This document shows positions 17,417 to 26,411 of a stretch of 64,000 nt of DNA, in pieces (position 1 is the first letter of the stretch; the number at the start of each line of letters is the position of its first letter). The notes under the pieces are model-generated. The model did not search any database, was not told where the DNA came from, and saw only the letters and a program-made list of their open reading frames with translations. The position numbers were made by a program, and so were the translations under genes. The stretch is from Dehalococcoidia bacterium (GTDB lineage: Bacteria; Chloroflexota; Dehalococcoidia; GIF9; AB-539-J10): NCBI GenBank assembly GCA_003562475.1, contig PWUU01000039.1, forward strand, positions 89-64,088, in the 5' to 3' direction.

Positions 17417-17776
17417 CGATACCGCCCCTCTGTGCCTTCATCAACCGGGCGCGCGGGGGTGATCGTGCATGACGCCCACAGCGCTCTGTACCGCAGCCCG
17501 GAGGAGGTTGACAAGACGATCACCTCACTGCAACGCGCGATAGTACGTCCGACGGAGACGGTAGCTTCGCCCGCTGTTCCGTTCCTGGCGTATCACGCGT
17601 GTACGGCATCGAGGCATCACGTGGAAGAACCCTCTCCGAGATCAGTACGATCCAGCAGCAGGTGACGGACTGCCGTACCCATCGTGGGTCGCACACTACA
17701 ATCCGCACAACCCATTCAGTTCTCCCTCTCAAAAGCGTATAATTCTTCAGGCTCCCTTCCGTTTCCAGCATGTTAG

Positions 17777-19042
17777 ATGGGCACTGTAAGATTCGTTCAC
17801 TGCGCAGACCTCCACCTCGATACCCCCTTTCGGGGACTCTCTCATGTGGCGCCGGACATAGCGAAGACCCTCAACAACGCCACCTTTGCCTCCTTCGAGA
17901 CGATCATCGACCTCGCCATCACGAACCGCGTCGATTTCGTGATCGTCTCAGGGGATGTGTACGACAGTTCCGACAGGAGCCTCGCGGCGCAGTTCGGATT
18001 TAGGGATGGCCTCAGTCGACTCGCCCAACACGGCATCCCCTCCTTCGTTGCCTTCGGCAATCACGACCCGGTGAGCGGGTGGAGCAACTCCCTGGAATGG
18101 CCGGACCTCTCGTACAGGTTCGACGCCAGGGACGTTGAAGCTCGTCACATCACTCGCGACGGGACAATCATCGCCTCGGTACATGGCATCAGCTTCGCAA
18201 AGGAGGCTGTCACCGAAGACCTCTCGGCCCGCTTCCAGGCACACCGGAGTGGGGTGCCTGAGATCGCCGTGCTCCATGCGAACGTCGGCACCAACACCGG
18301 CCACGCTCCATACTCGCCCACAACTGTCGCAGCACTGGCGGAGAGGGGATTCGACTACTGGGCACTGGGCCATGTACACAGGCACCAGGTTCTCAGGACC
18401 GGCGCTCCGGCCATCGTCTACCCCGGCTGCTCTCAAAGCCGGCACCCAAACGAGACCGGACCAAAGGGCTGCTGCCTCGTTACGTTGAGCGACTCAGGTG
18501 AGCCGGACGTGCGTTTCGTGCCCACGGATGTGGTACGGTACCAACAGGAGCGCGTTGATGTGTCATCCTGTGCGACGATCGACGCCATCCAGCGTTCCGT
18601 CATGGAAGCGTGCGACTCCTTCTCGGAAGAGGCAGATGGGCGGCACCTCATACTGCGGCTCGCTCTTGCCGGCAGGACGCATCTTCAACGGGAGTTGCGG
18701 CACGGAGACACGCACCTGGTACTTGAGGAACGTCTCCGTGAAGACCTGCTGACGCGCACTCCCTGGGTATGGCTGGAACGGCTGATCCTGGACACGCGTG
18801 GGCCCTACGACATTCAGTCGCTGCGTGCACAGCAGGACTTCACCGGCGACATAGTGCGTGAGTACACGTCGATGCTCGAGGGCGACGCGGATGATGTGAC
18901 GCGTCTCAGGGAGGAGGTCGAGACCGATATGCGCACGTGGACAGCATACAGGCTGCTCACGCAGCCCTCGGTCGAAGAAGTGCGCCACCTCGCCGAAAGA
19001 GCGATGCACGAGACACTCGACTTGACAGTAGGCGAAGACTGA
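17777..19042 (+). CDS. metallophosphoesterase DNA-repair exonuclease, SbcD/Mre11-like (YhaO-type)
   Basis: Calcineurin-fold motifs are present: FVHCADLHLD, VIVSGDVYD, GNHD and GHVH. The gene ends 1 nt before the ATPase gene. Confidence 0.8.
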   Translation: MGTVRFVHCADLHLDTPFRGLSHVAPDIAKTLNNATFASFETIIDLAITNRVDFVIVSGDVYDSSDRSLAAQFGFRDGLSRLAQHGIPSFVAFGNHDPVSGWSNSLEWPDLSYRFDARDVEARHITRDGTIIASVHGISFAKEAVTEDLSARFQAHRSGVPEIAVLHANVGTNTGHAPYSPTTVAALAERGFDYWALGHVHRHQVLRTGAPAIVYPGCSQSRHPNETGPKGCCLVTLSDSGEPDVRFVPTDVVRYQQERVDVSSCATIDAIQRSVMEACDSFSEEADGRHLILRLALAGRTHLQRELRHGDTHLVLEERLREDLLTRTPWVWLERLILDTRGPYDIQSLRAQQDFTGDIVREYTSMLEGDADDVTRLREEVETDMRTWTAYRLLTQPSVEEVRHLAERAMHETLDLTVGED

Positions 19043-19043
19043 C

Positions 19044-21749
19044 ATGCAGTTAAGGGAGATTCAGATATGGGGTTTCGGGGCGCTCGCGAACGTTCGCATC
19101 CGAGGGCTCTCTACCGGACTCAACGTGCTCCACGGACCTAACGAGTATGGGAAGACCACGCTGCTCGAGTTCGTGCGACGCGTCCTGTTCGGCTTTCCAC
19201 CCAGGACTACAAAGGCGAATCCGTACCCTGCACTCTACTCAGACAGGTACGGCGGCCAACTGCTCTGCGAGATGGCGGACGGACGCCTCCTCACAGTCGT
19301 CCGGACCAGCGGCAAGGGCGGCGGCACGCTGGCCGTATCGACTCAGGACGGCGAGACGCTTGGAGAGGCTGAGTTCGCCGCATCGCTCGGATATGTGTCG
19401 TCAAGCCTGTACCAAAATGTGTTTTCAATCGGGCTTCAGGAGCTGTACGAGGTGGATGTCATGAACCTTGACGAGGTCAAGAGCCGCGTCTACGGGGCGG
19501 GGCTCGGTGGCATCTCGGTGTCGTCACTGCGCGAGCGCTTCGAAAAGCGTGCCGCTGAGCTCTACACGAAGGGCGGCCACAGGCAGCGCATGAAGCAGCT
19601 TGCAGCAGACATTGCAGCACTGAATCGAACCATCCAGGAGCGGCGCGATCAACTGTCCCGGTACGACGACATGAAGGTGCGCCGAGACCAACTCCGGCAG
19701 AAGATGGACACACTTGCTGCCAGCCTCCCCAGGATGCAGGCGGAACTGGGAGCGCTGCTGAGCCAACAGCGCCTCTTCCCAACCTACACCAGGATGCAGC
19801 AGGCAGAGAGACAGTCCCGGGAGATGGGTGAGGTCCCGGAGATTCCAGATGCTGCGCTCGTGGAGCTCAATGAGCGACTGGAGGCGATGAAGTCACTCTC
19901 CTCCCGCATGGAGGAGATGCGCGGGCAACTGCAGCTAAAACGCGCAGCATACGACCGCATCGTGTACGACCAGGCTATCATCGATTGTGCGAGCGACGTC
20001 AGGTGGCTGTCGCGCAACGTTTCCGGTTACCGGTCGACGCTCCAGGATCGGCCGCTGGTGGAGAGAGACCTGTTAGATGCGAGATCACTGACCGACAGAG
20101 AGCTGGCCTCCCTTGGCGAGGGTTGGACAGCAGATGAGGTGCGCGGTTTCTCGCTCACCACCGAGCAGGAGGACGCACTGGAGCGAGTTACCGCCCGGCT
20201 CGAAGAATGCACGGCGTCGCTCGCCACCTCACAACAGAAGCTTGAACTGCACAAGGACACCGTTCGTGCCTCGCGAAGCAGGCAGGGGTATCCCGGCAGC
20301 TACCGGATCGCCGGACTCGCCCTGGCCGCACTGGCCGGCGCCGCATGCGTCCTGGCAGCGCTCGACGGCAACGTGCCGGTCGCCATCATATCAGGCCTGA
20401 CCGGCATATTGATCGCGGCCGCGTCGCTGAGGCTCAGTACCGCCGCCTCCAGCACGCAGGATCCCGCTACTCAGGAACTACAGACAGAGGTGCAAACACG
20501 CGAGGAAGCGCTGAAGGCGGCGGACGACGAGTGGAGGGCGACCCTCGAATCCGTACATCTGCATCCCTCACTTTCGCCCACGGCGAAGGATGACATGCTC
20601 CGAAGGATCGAGAAGGTCGCCACTGACCTTCGGCGCATCGATACGCTCGAAGCGCAGTTCAACAAGCTAAGAGACGCGAAATCATCGGTGGACGAACGTT
20701 ACACGCGCGTGGCCGCAGTGCTGGGAGAGACATCAGCGGACGTCGACACCGCAGCGCAGATAGAGATCCTCTCCGATCGGCTCGACAAGGCCACGGCGGA
20801 GAAGGTCAGGAACGATACTCTGCAGGAAGAGATCCGTCAGCGCGCGGACGAGATCAGGCTCCTCGACGAACGGATGAAGGTTGAATCCTCCCGGCTCAAG
20901 GACTTCCTTGCAACCTGCCAGGTGGCGTCACCCGACGAACTGCGCGAGCTGCACGCACGCTGTGTGCAGAAGAGCGAACTGCAGAAGACCCGGGACGAGT
21001 GCCTCAGGCTGATCGAAGAAGAGGTGGGGGCCGGGGAGAGTCGCGACCAGTTTGTCCGTGCGCTCGCCTCTACGAGCATCGAAGAGATACGCCTTGCGCA
21101 CGCCGAGCGCGAGCAGAAGTTACAGCAGACGCAGGAGGAACTCACCAGCACGGCAAGCGAGATGGGCGCTCTGGGCAGGGAACTGGAGGCGCTGGTGTCG
21201 GCAGAGGACCTGGTCATGAACGAAACCGAACTTGAGACGCTGAAACAGCAGCTTCAAGACGCATACCGGGAATGGCTCACTGCGCGCATCGCGCTCCGGA
21301 GCATCGATGCCGCAGTCTCCCGTTACGAGGAAGAGCGCCAGCCGGATGTAATCCGCTTCGCGCAGACCGCATTCATCAACATGACAGATGGCCGCTACGA
21401 GAAGCTGCTCAAGCCTCTGGACAGCAACGAGCTGCACCTCCGCGCCGAGAATGGCACCCACAAGACGGTGGGCCAGCTCAGCCGCGGCACCCGCGAGCAA
21501 CTCTACCTTGCCATGCGCCTGGGCCTCATCGAGCAGTACGAGCAAAACGCCGAGCCGATGCCGGTCATCATGGACGATATCCTGGTCAACTTCGACGACG
21601 AACGCGGCCCGCTTGCAGTCCGGGCGCTGGCGCAGTTCGCGAATGACCGTCAGGTCATCGTCTTAACCTGCCACCGCAACCTGCTCGATCTCTACCTGCA
21701 GGGCGGCGCTACTGAACTGGTGCTGAGACACGACTGGGGTTCCGGCTAG
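19044..21749 (+). CDS. SbcC/Rad50-like AAA ATPase with a long coiled coil (YhaN-type)
   Basis: The N-terminal Walker A is GPNEYGKTT. The C-terminal signature and Walker B are LSRGTREQL...PVIMDDILVNFD. About 700 aa of heptad-like, Glu/Leu/Arg-rich sequence lies between them. Two hydrophobic helices fall at residues 421-463, and there is no CxxC zinc hook. Confidence 0.8.
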   Translation: MQLREIQIWGFGALANVRIRGLSTGLNVLHGPNEYGKTTLLEFVRRVLFGFPPRTTKANPYPALYSDRYGGQLLCEMADGRLLTVVRTSGKGGGTLAVSTQDGETLGEAEFAASLGYVSSSLYQNVFSIGLQELYEVDVMNLDEVKSRVYGAGLGGISVSSLRERFEKRAAELYTKGGHRQRMKQLAADIAALNRTIQERRDQLSRYDDMKVRRDQLRQKMDTLAASLPRMQAELGALLSQQRLFPTYTRMQQAERQSREMGEVPEIPDAALVELNERLEAMKSLSSRMEEMRGQLQLKRAAYDRIVYDQAIIDCASDVRWLSRNVSGYRSTLQDRPLVERDLLDARSLTDRELASLGEGWTADEVRGFSLTTEQEDALERVTARLEECTASLATSQQKLELHKDTVRASRSRQGYPGSYRIAGLALAALAGAACVLAALDGNVPVAIISGLTGILIAAASLRLSTAASSTQDPATQELQTEVQTREEALKAADDEWRATLESVHLHPSLSPTAKDDMLRRIEKVATDLRRIDTLEAQFNKLRDAKSSVDERYTRVAAVLGETSADVDTAAQIEILSDRLDKATAEKVRNDTLQEEIRQRADEIRLLDERMKVESSRLKDFLATCQVASPDELRELHARCVQKSELQKTRDECLRLIEEEVGAGESRDQFVRALASTSIEEIRLAHAEREQKLQQTQEELTSTASEMGALGRELEALVSAEDLVMNETELETLKQQLQDAYREWLTARIALRSIDAAVSRYEEERQPDVIRFAQTAFINMTDGRYEKLLKPLDSNELHLRAENGTHKTVGQLSRGTREQLYLAMRLGLIEQYEQNAEPMPVIMDDILVNFDDERGPLAVRALAQFANDRQVIVLTCHRNLLDLYLQGGATELVLRHDWGSG

Positions 21750-21788
21750 CGTCCCGCGTACCACATCTGCCCGCTTCCGAAATAGAAG

Positions 21789-21810
21789 AGGCCCGCCTTT
21801 CGGCGGGCCT
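21789..21810. terminator. bidirectional hairpin terminator
   Basis: AGGCCCGCC-TTTC-GGCGGGCCT, a perfect 9-bp GC-rich stem between convergent genes ending at 21749 and 21887. Confidence 0.6.
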
Positions 21811-21886
21811 CCCACTCCTATGTAGATTCCCGGCGTCTCTCTTCACAACCAGGAAAGGAGTGCCGTCTTGTGGGTATCCTGAAGCC

Positions 21887-22909
21887 TCAGTTCACCATCT
21901 CCTGACCCAGCATATCCCACTTCTCGTCCAGGAGTGCGCTCACCACCTCGCCGTTCTCGACGGTGATGTGCGCCTCGTGCGGAGTGATGACAGTCAGCAG
22001 AGGCTCTCCAGTACGGTCGCCGTATCCGAAGTGACGGCTGTCGAACCGGAACACAAACGTCCACGCATTCTCAACATCGAGCTGCTGCTCCTCCTCCAGC
22101 TCAAGTGTCTCCTCAATACCATCGAATACGAAAGTCGGGCTGTGGCGCACGAAGTCCTCCGCGACTTTGCGTGCTCCCTCCGCGCTGGCAATGAATTCCT
22201 GCTCCAGCATGTTCCACTTGCCGTCCATGATGGCCTCGACAACCTTCATCGCCTCGATGGTGATAGCTGCATGGTGCGGAGTGATCACCGGGAGCGTCAC
22301 CTCATCGGACGTGTCACCATATCCGTAATGGCGGCTGTCGAATTCGAATTCGACCGTCCAGCTGTACGGGCGCTCTCCCGTATCAGCCCCTACAAGCTCG
22401 AGTGTCTCACTGATGCCGCTGGACATGAAGGTTGGCGAGGACTTCACAAACTGCCTTGCGGCATCCACTGCGAGTTCTTCGGTCATTTCCTGCATGACCT
22501 TCTCTTCGGTCACCATGCCGCCAACTGCCCGTACCGATCCTTCCCAGTACCATCCATGCGTCGGACTCCTCAGGATGATGTGGTACGTGAGGTAATCAGG
22601 CTGCACAATGGCCCAGGATAGCAACGCTTCCCAGTTCTCGGAGCTGAAGCGTTTCTGCGCCGCACCCAAGAGCGGCTCGCCGTCACGTCCCAGCACCTCA
22701 ACATCCTCAATTGTCCACGAAATGTCGAGCCCTGGGGCTTTGTCCGGGTAATGCTGCTGCAACCAGGCTGCTGAGGTATCGAATGCCTCCTCAGGAGTCA
22801 ACACCTTCTCTTCGGGCCCGGCGCCTTCAATCGCAGCACACCCGCCACCAATGAGTCCCATCGTCACGAGAATCGACACAAGCACCTTAGCTCTGTTCCG
22901 TGTCACCAT
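21887..22909 (-). CDS. hypothetical lipoprotein with a tandem ~95-aa domain repeat
   Basis: ATG at 22909. Signal peptide plus lipobox (MGLIGGGC). Two tandem repeats share ...FV+.SPTF...ETLEL...W.F.F.FDSRH.GYGD......VITPH.A.IT.E...V..A..D.KW.ML.QE. Confidence 0.6.
   Translation of the reverse strand: MVTRNRAKVLVSILVTMGLIGGGCAAIEGAGPEEKVLTPEEAFDTSAAWLQQHYPDKAPGLDISWTIEDVEVLGRDGEPLLGAAQKRFSSENWEALLSWAIVQPDYLTYHIILRSPTHGWYWEGSVRAVGGMVTEEKVMQEMTEELAVDAARQFVKSSPTFMSSGISETLELVGADTGERPYSWTVEFEFDSRHYGYGDTSDEVTLPVITPHHAAITIEAMKVVEAIMDGKWNMLEQEFIASAEGARKVAEDFVRHSPTFVFDGIEETLELEEEQQLDVENAWTFVFRFDSRHFGYGDRTGEPLLTVITPHEAHITVENGEVVSALLDEKWDMLGQEMVN
21899..22483 (-). repeat. tandem in-frame coding repeat (2 x ~288 nt)
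   Basis: Protein residues 143-238 and 242-337 align end to end, with roughly half the residues identical by eye. Confidence 0.6.
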
Positions 22910-23160
22910 GGGCGCCTCCTCACAACACGCACGAACCTCCTTGTTCCCGTACATATACGACTTCAGGCCCAATGTGTCACAGTGTAGCGCGTAAGACACC
23001 GCACCTCCCAATTGATCCTGTTGCATCACATGCGGCAACCATATAGCAGGGGGCGAATCATGAGGCCGGTTTTGATATTCTGTCCGGGACCCACTTCCCG
23101 CCGGGGACCGTGCCGATTCATCGTCTTCGCATCCTCGGCGACACATAGCATAAAGGAGGG

Positions 23161-23751
23161 ATGATGAAGCTACCGGAGCCACGAAACAGGAGTGACGTAT
23201 CACTTGAGGAGGCAATCTTCACACGTCGCTCAATAAGGAGCTACAAGCCAGGGCCCCTGACACTCAACGAGGTTGGTCAACTTCTCTGGGCGGCACAGGG
23301 AATCACAGGCAGGGACGGCTTACGTGCCGCCCCTTCCGGCGGTGCCACATATCCACTCGAGACATACGTGGCAGCTGGAGATGTGGTTGGACTCGAACCC
23401 GGACTGTACCGCTACCAGCCTGCGTCTCACTCGTTGTCACTCGTCACGCAAGACGACCTGCGCGGCGAACTCTCGACAGCCTCTCTGGAGCAACGTTGCG
23501 TGCGCGACGCTGCGAGCGTTATCATCCTGTCTGCCATCTATGAGCGAACTACCCAACGTTACGGAGAACGCGGCAACATGTACGTCCATATGGATGTTGG
23601 ACATGCCGGGCAGAACGTACTCCTGCAGGCAACAGCGCTCGGCCTTGGTTCAGTGTCCATCGGCGCATTTCGGACCAGGACAGTCGCGCAGTTGCTGGGA
23701 CTGCCCGGAAATGAAGTGCCCCTGTACCTGCTTCCTATCGGGAGGTTATAG
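23161..23751 (+). CDS. SagB/ThcOx-type nitroreductase-family dehydrogenase
   Basis: RBS AAGGAGG upstream. Motifs RRSIRSY, LLWAAQGIT and APSGGATYPLE fit the family. Confidence 0.75.
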   Translation: MMKLPEPRNRSDVSLEEAIFTRRSIRSYKPGPLTLNEVGQLLWAAQGITGRDGLRAAPSGGATYPLETYVAAGDVVGLEPGLYRYQPASHSLSLVTQDDLRGELSTASLEQRCVRDAASVIILSAIYERTTQRYGERGNMYVHMDVGHAGQNVLLQATALGLGSVSIGAFRTRTVAQLLGLPGNEVPLYLLPIGRL

Positions 23752-24102
23752 ATGCAGCTACCTCAGGTTATCGTAGTCTTAGTCACCACCTCCGGCGAGG
23801 ACGAGTCGGAGCGCCTTGCACGCGTTCTCCTCGACCAGAAACTCATTGCCTGCGCCAACATCGTTCCCCGGGTGCATTCCCTGTTCCGGTGGGAGGGCAC
23901 GATTGAGGACTCCGACGAATCGCTCCTCATCCTGAAGTCGACTTCAGAGACGCTCCCGGCTATTAAAGAATACATTGGGCAACACCACAGCTATGAAGTG
24001 CCTGAAGTTCTTGCGCTGCCGGTGGCGGGAGGGAGCGAGGAGTACCTCACCTGGGTGACCTCAGAAGTGCACTCCCAGCCACCTCGCACAAGCGCAGGGT
24101 AG
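23752..24102 (+). CDS. cutA: divalent-cation tolerance protein CutA
   Basis: The gene starts immediately after the stop of the previous gene. The CutA1 signature is present: LIACANIVP...S.F.WEG.IE...E..L.LK....Y.VPE....P. Confidence 0.85.
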   Translation: MQLPQVIVVLVTTSGEDESERLARVLLDQKLIACANIVPRVHSLFRWEGTIEDSDESLLILKSTSETLPAIKEYIGQHHSYEVPEVLALPVAGGSEEYLTWVTSEVHSQPPRTSAG

Positions 24103-24109
24103 CTACTCA

Positions 24110-24138
24110 TTGACGTAACCAGTGTTCCCATCTAGACT
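24110..24138 (+). promoter_or_regulatory. putative sigma70-type promoter (TTGACG - 17 nt - TAGACT)
   Basis: Hexamers at 24110-24115 and 24133-24138, about 95 nt upstream of the RraA-like gene. Confidence 0.3.
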
Positions 24139-24233
24139 GTCTTCTGCCAGCGAGATTTCGGTGGCCTCTGTCTGTCGTTCTTCGTCGCAACCTCATTGCC
24201 GGATCTACTGAATAACGAAAGGGGTGATTCCAG

Positions 24234-24899
24234 GTGAAGCTCAATAACGATAAAGAACTGTTCGACGCCATGGAGCAGAAGCTCTACTCTTCTGTGATTT
24301 CGGACATCCTCGACCAGCTCGGCTACAGAAACCAGGCGATGCGCGCCGACATCAACCCGGTGTGGCCAGGCGCCGTGGTGGCCGGCAGGGCACACACCCT
24401 CTTGAGCGTCGACATCTACGAGGTAAAGGAGAATCCGTACGAGAACGAGATTGCCGCCGTGGACTCCCTCAAACCCAATGACGTGCTGGTCGCAGGAACA
24501 AACTGCTCTACCAGGACCGCGATGTGGGGTGAGTTGCTGTCCACCGCCTCGCGCGCACGCGGCGCTCGAGGGGCTATCATCGACGGCTACACCCGTGACG
24601 TCGCACTGATATCCAATATGGCCTTTCCAGTCTTTGCGACAGGTACCAGGCCACTCGATTCGAAGGGCAGAAGCATTGTAATGGAGTACGAACGCCCGGT
24701 GTTGTGTGGCGACGTGCTCGTACGTGAAGGCGACATCGTGCTGGCGGATATCGACGGTATCATTGTGATACCGAGGGATGTCGAGGACAGGGTAATCGAG
24801 CTGTCATTCGAAAAGGTGAGGGCCGAGGATACTGTACGCGACGAACTCCTGAAGGGTGCGCTCCTCGGAGACGTGTTCAAGAAGTACGGCGTTCTGTGA
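24234..24899 (+). CDS. RraA family protein (RraA / 4-hydroxy-4-methyl-2-oxoglutarate aldolase-like)
   Basis: The sequence shows VISDILDQLG...G.A.T, G.L....A...G..G.IIDG..RD and PVFA.G. GTG start. Confidence 0.75.
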   Translation: MKLNNDKELFDAMEQKLYSSVISDILDQLGYRNQAMRADINPVWPGAVVAGRAHTLLSVDIYEVKENPYENEIAAVDSLKPNDVLVAGTNCSTRTAMWGELLSTASRARGARGAIIDGYTRDVALISNMAFPVFATGTRPLDSKGRSIVMEYERPVLCGDVLVREGDIVLADIDGIIVIPRDVEDRVIELSFEKVRAEDTVRDELLKGALLGDVFKKYGVL

Positions 24900-24960
24900 C
24901 GAGTCGGGCGCCCGTCATTGGGCGACAGTCTACACGTAGGAGTTGGACAAGGAGGGATAA

Positions 24961-26082
24961 GTGAAGATTACAGAGGTGGAGGCAATCGAGTTACGCCTGC
25001 CCGAGGATCAGATAGAGGACAAGTGTTCGTCAGGGCAGGATGCTCTCATCGTGAAAATACACACCGATGAAGGGCTTACCGGTATTGGAGAGATAGACTC
25101 ATCCTCGCGAGTCGCTAAAGCGGCTATTGAGGCGCCTTTCAGCCACACCGTTACGTCAGGCCTCGCACGGTTGCTCATCGGCGAGAACCCGCTGGACATA
25201 CGGGTGCTGCAGGAGAAGATGTACCAGGCGACCTTCTACTATGGACGCCGTGGAGTGGTCATCCATGCGATGGGCGGTATCGACATGGCGTTGTGGGACC
25301 TTGCAGGGAAGCACTACAACAAACCGGTTCACCAGCTGCTTGGCGGCGCATTTCACAGGAAGATACGTGCCTACGCGAGCATACTCTTCGGCAGGGACGG
25401 CAATGAGACAGCCGAGATAGGCCGCAGATGGGTGAATGAGGGATATACGGCAGTCAAGTTCGGCTGGGCGCCGATGGGCGAAAGCGAGAAGGTCGACCTC
25501 GACCTCGTCGAGGGCGCTCGACGCGGAGTGGGACCCGACAACGACGTACTCATCGATGCCGGCTGCTGCTGGGACACGATTACTGCGATCAAGCGGGCGC
25601 GCCAGTTCGAAGAGTTCGGGATCATGTGGCTGGAGGAGCCACTCCAACAGGATAACCTCGAAGGTTACATGCAACTGAGCAACCTGTCGCGCATCCCCAT
25701 CGCAGCCGGAGAAGGCGACGCGGGCAGGTTTGCCTGGAAGGACCTCGTCGATAGAGGGGGCATCCACATCGCCCAGATCGATCTCGCCCGCAACGGGTTC
25801 ACGGACTCGATGCGTATCGCTGACTACGTGGAGGATAAGAGCCTGCGCGTCGTCAACCATTTCTACACCACGGGCATCAACCTGGCAGCTGGATTGCAGT
25901 TCCTGGCAGCACGAAAATCCACATTCATACTGGAGTATTGCGTCGAGGAGACACCGATGCGCTGGGACGTGACCAAACAGAAGATGAAGATCGACACCGA
26001 TGGATACGTCCACGTGCCTGAGGGGCCAGGGCTCGGCATCGACCTGGACGAAGATACTGTCGACCGATTCCGTGTTTCTTAG
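24961..26082 (+). CDS. enolase-superfamily acid-sugar dehydratase, paralog 2
   Basis: GTG start after AAGGAGGG. The protein is collinear with the 2423-3541 product along its whole length. Confidence 0.85.
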   Translation: MKITEVEAIELRLPEDQIEDKCSSGQDALIVKIHTDEGLTGIGEIDSSSRVAKAAIEAPFSHTVTSGLARLLIGENPLDIRVLQEKMYQATFYYGRRGVVIHAMGGIDMALWDLAGKHYNKPVHQLLGGAFHRKIRAYASILFGRDGNETAEIGRRWVNEGYTAVKFGWAPMGESEKVDLDLVEGARRGVGPDNDVLIDAGCCWDTITAIKRARQFEEFGIMWLEEPLQQDNLEGYMQLSNLSRIPIAAGEGDAGRFAWKDLVDRGGIHIAQIDLARNGFTDSMRIADYVEDKSLRVVNHFYTTGINLAAGLQFLAARKSTFILEYCVEETPMRWDVTKQKMKIDTDGYVHVPEGPGLGIDLDEDTVDRFRVS

Positions 26083-26103
26083 ACAAGAGAAAGGAGGACT
26101 CGT

Positions 26104-26397
26104 ATGGCGCTTGAGGCAATCATGTTCCACCCGGATGACAACACCGCGGTCGCCCTCACTGATCTACCGCAGGGAAAGGTTCTGAAGCTTACGGCGGACG
26201 GTCAGACGCGGGACGTCACCTTAATCGAACCCATCACGTACCAGCACAAGTTCAGTACAATGCCTGTCTGGAAGGGCGACAAGATACTGAAGTACGGCCA
26301 GGTCATTGGTGAAGCAACAGCCGACATCAAGGCGGGGGAGCACGTGCACATCCACAACATGGTTGGCTTGCGAATCAAGGCAGCGGGCAAGGCTTGA
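26104..26397 (+). CDS. UxaA/GarD-family dehydratase, N-terminal SAF-domain subunit
   Basis: 97 aa. DNTAVAL..L..G and G..I.KYG..IG.A...I..GEHVH.HN are typical of the altronate/galactarate dehydratase N-terminus. RBS AAAGGAGG upstream. Confidence 0.8.
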   Translation: MALEAIMFHPDDNTAVALTDLPQGKVLKLTADGQTRDVTLIEPITYQHKFSTMPVWKGDKILKYGQVIGEATADIKAGEHVHIHNMVGLRIKAAGKA

Positions 26398-26411
26398 AAG
26401 GAGTGTGGAAT

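Noticed and set aside
23161-23751. The SagB/ThcOx-type dehydrogenase, considered as a marker of a thiazole/oxazole-modified peptide (TOMM) cluster.
   Set aside because: No YcaO cyclodehydratase, docking protein or Cys/Ser/Thr-rich precursor ORF is nearby. Its neighbours are cutA and a lipoprotein. The 196-aa size fits a stand-alone nitroreductase-family protein.
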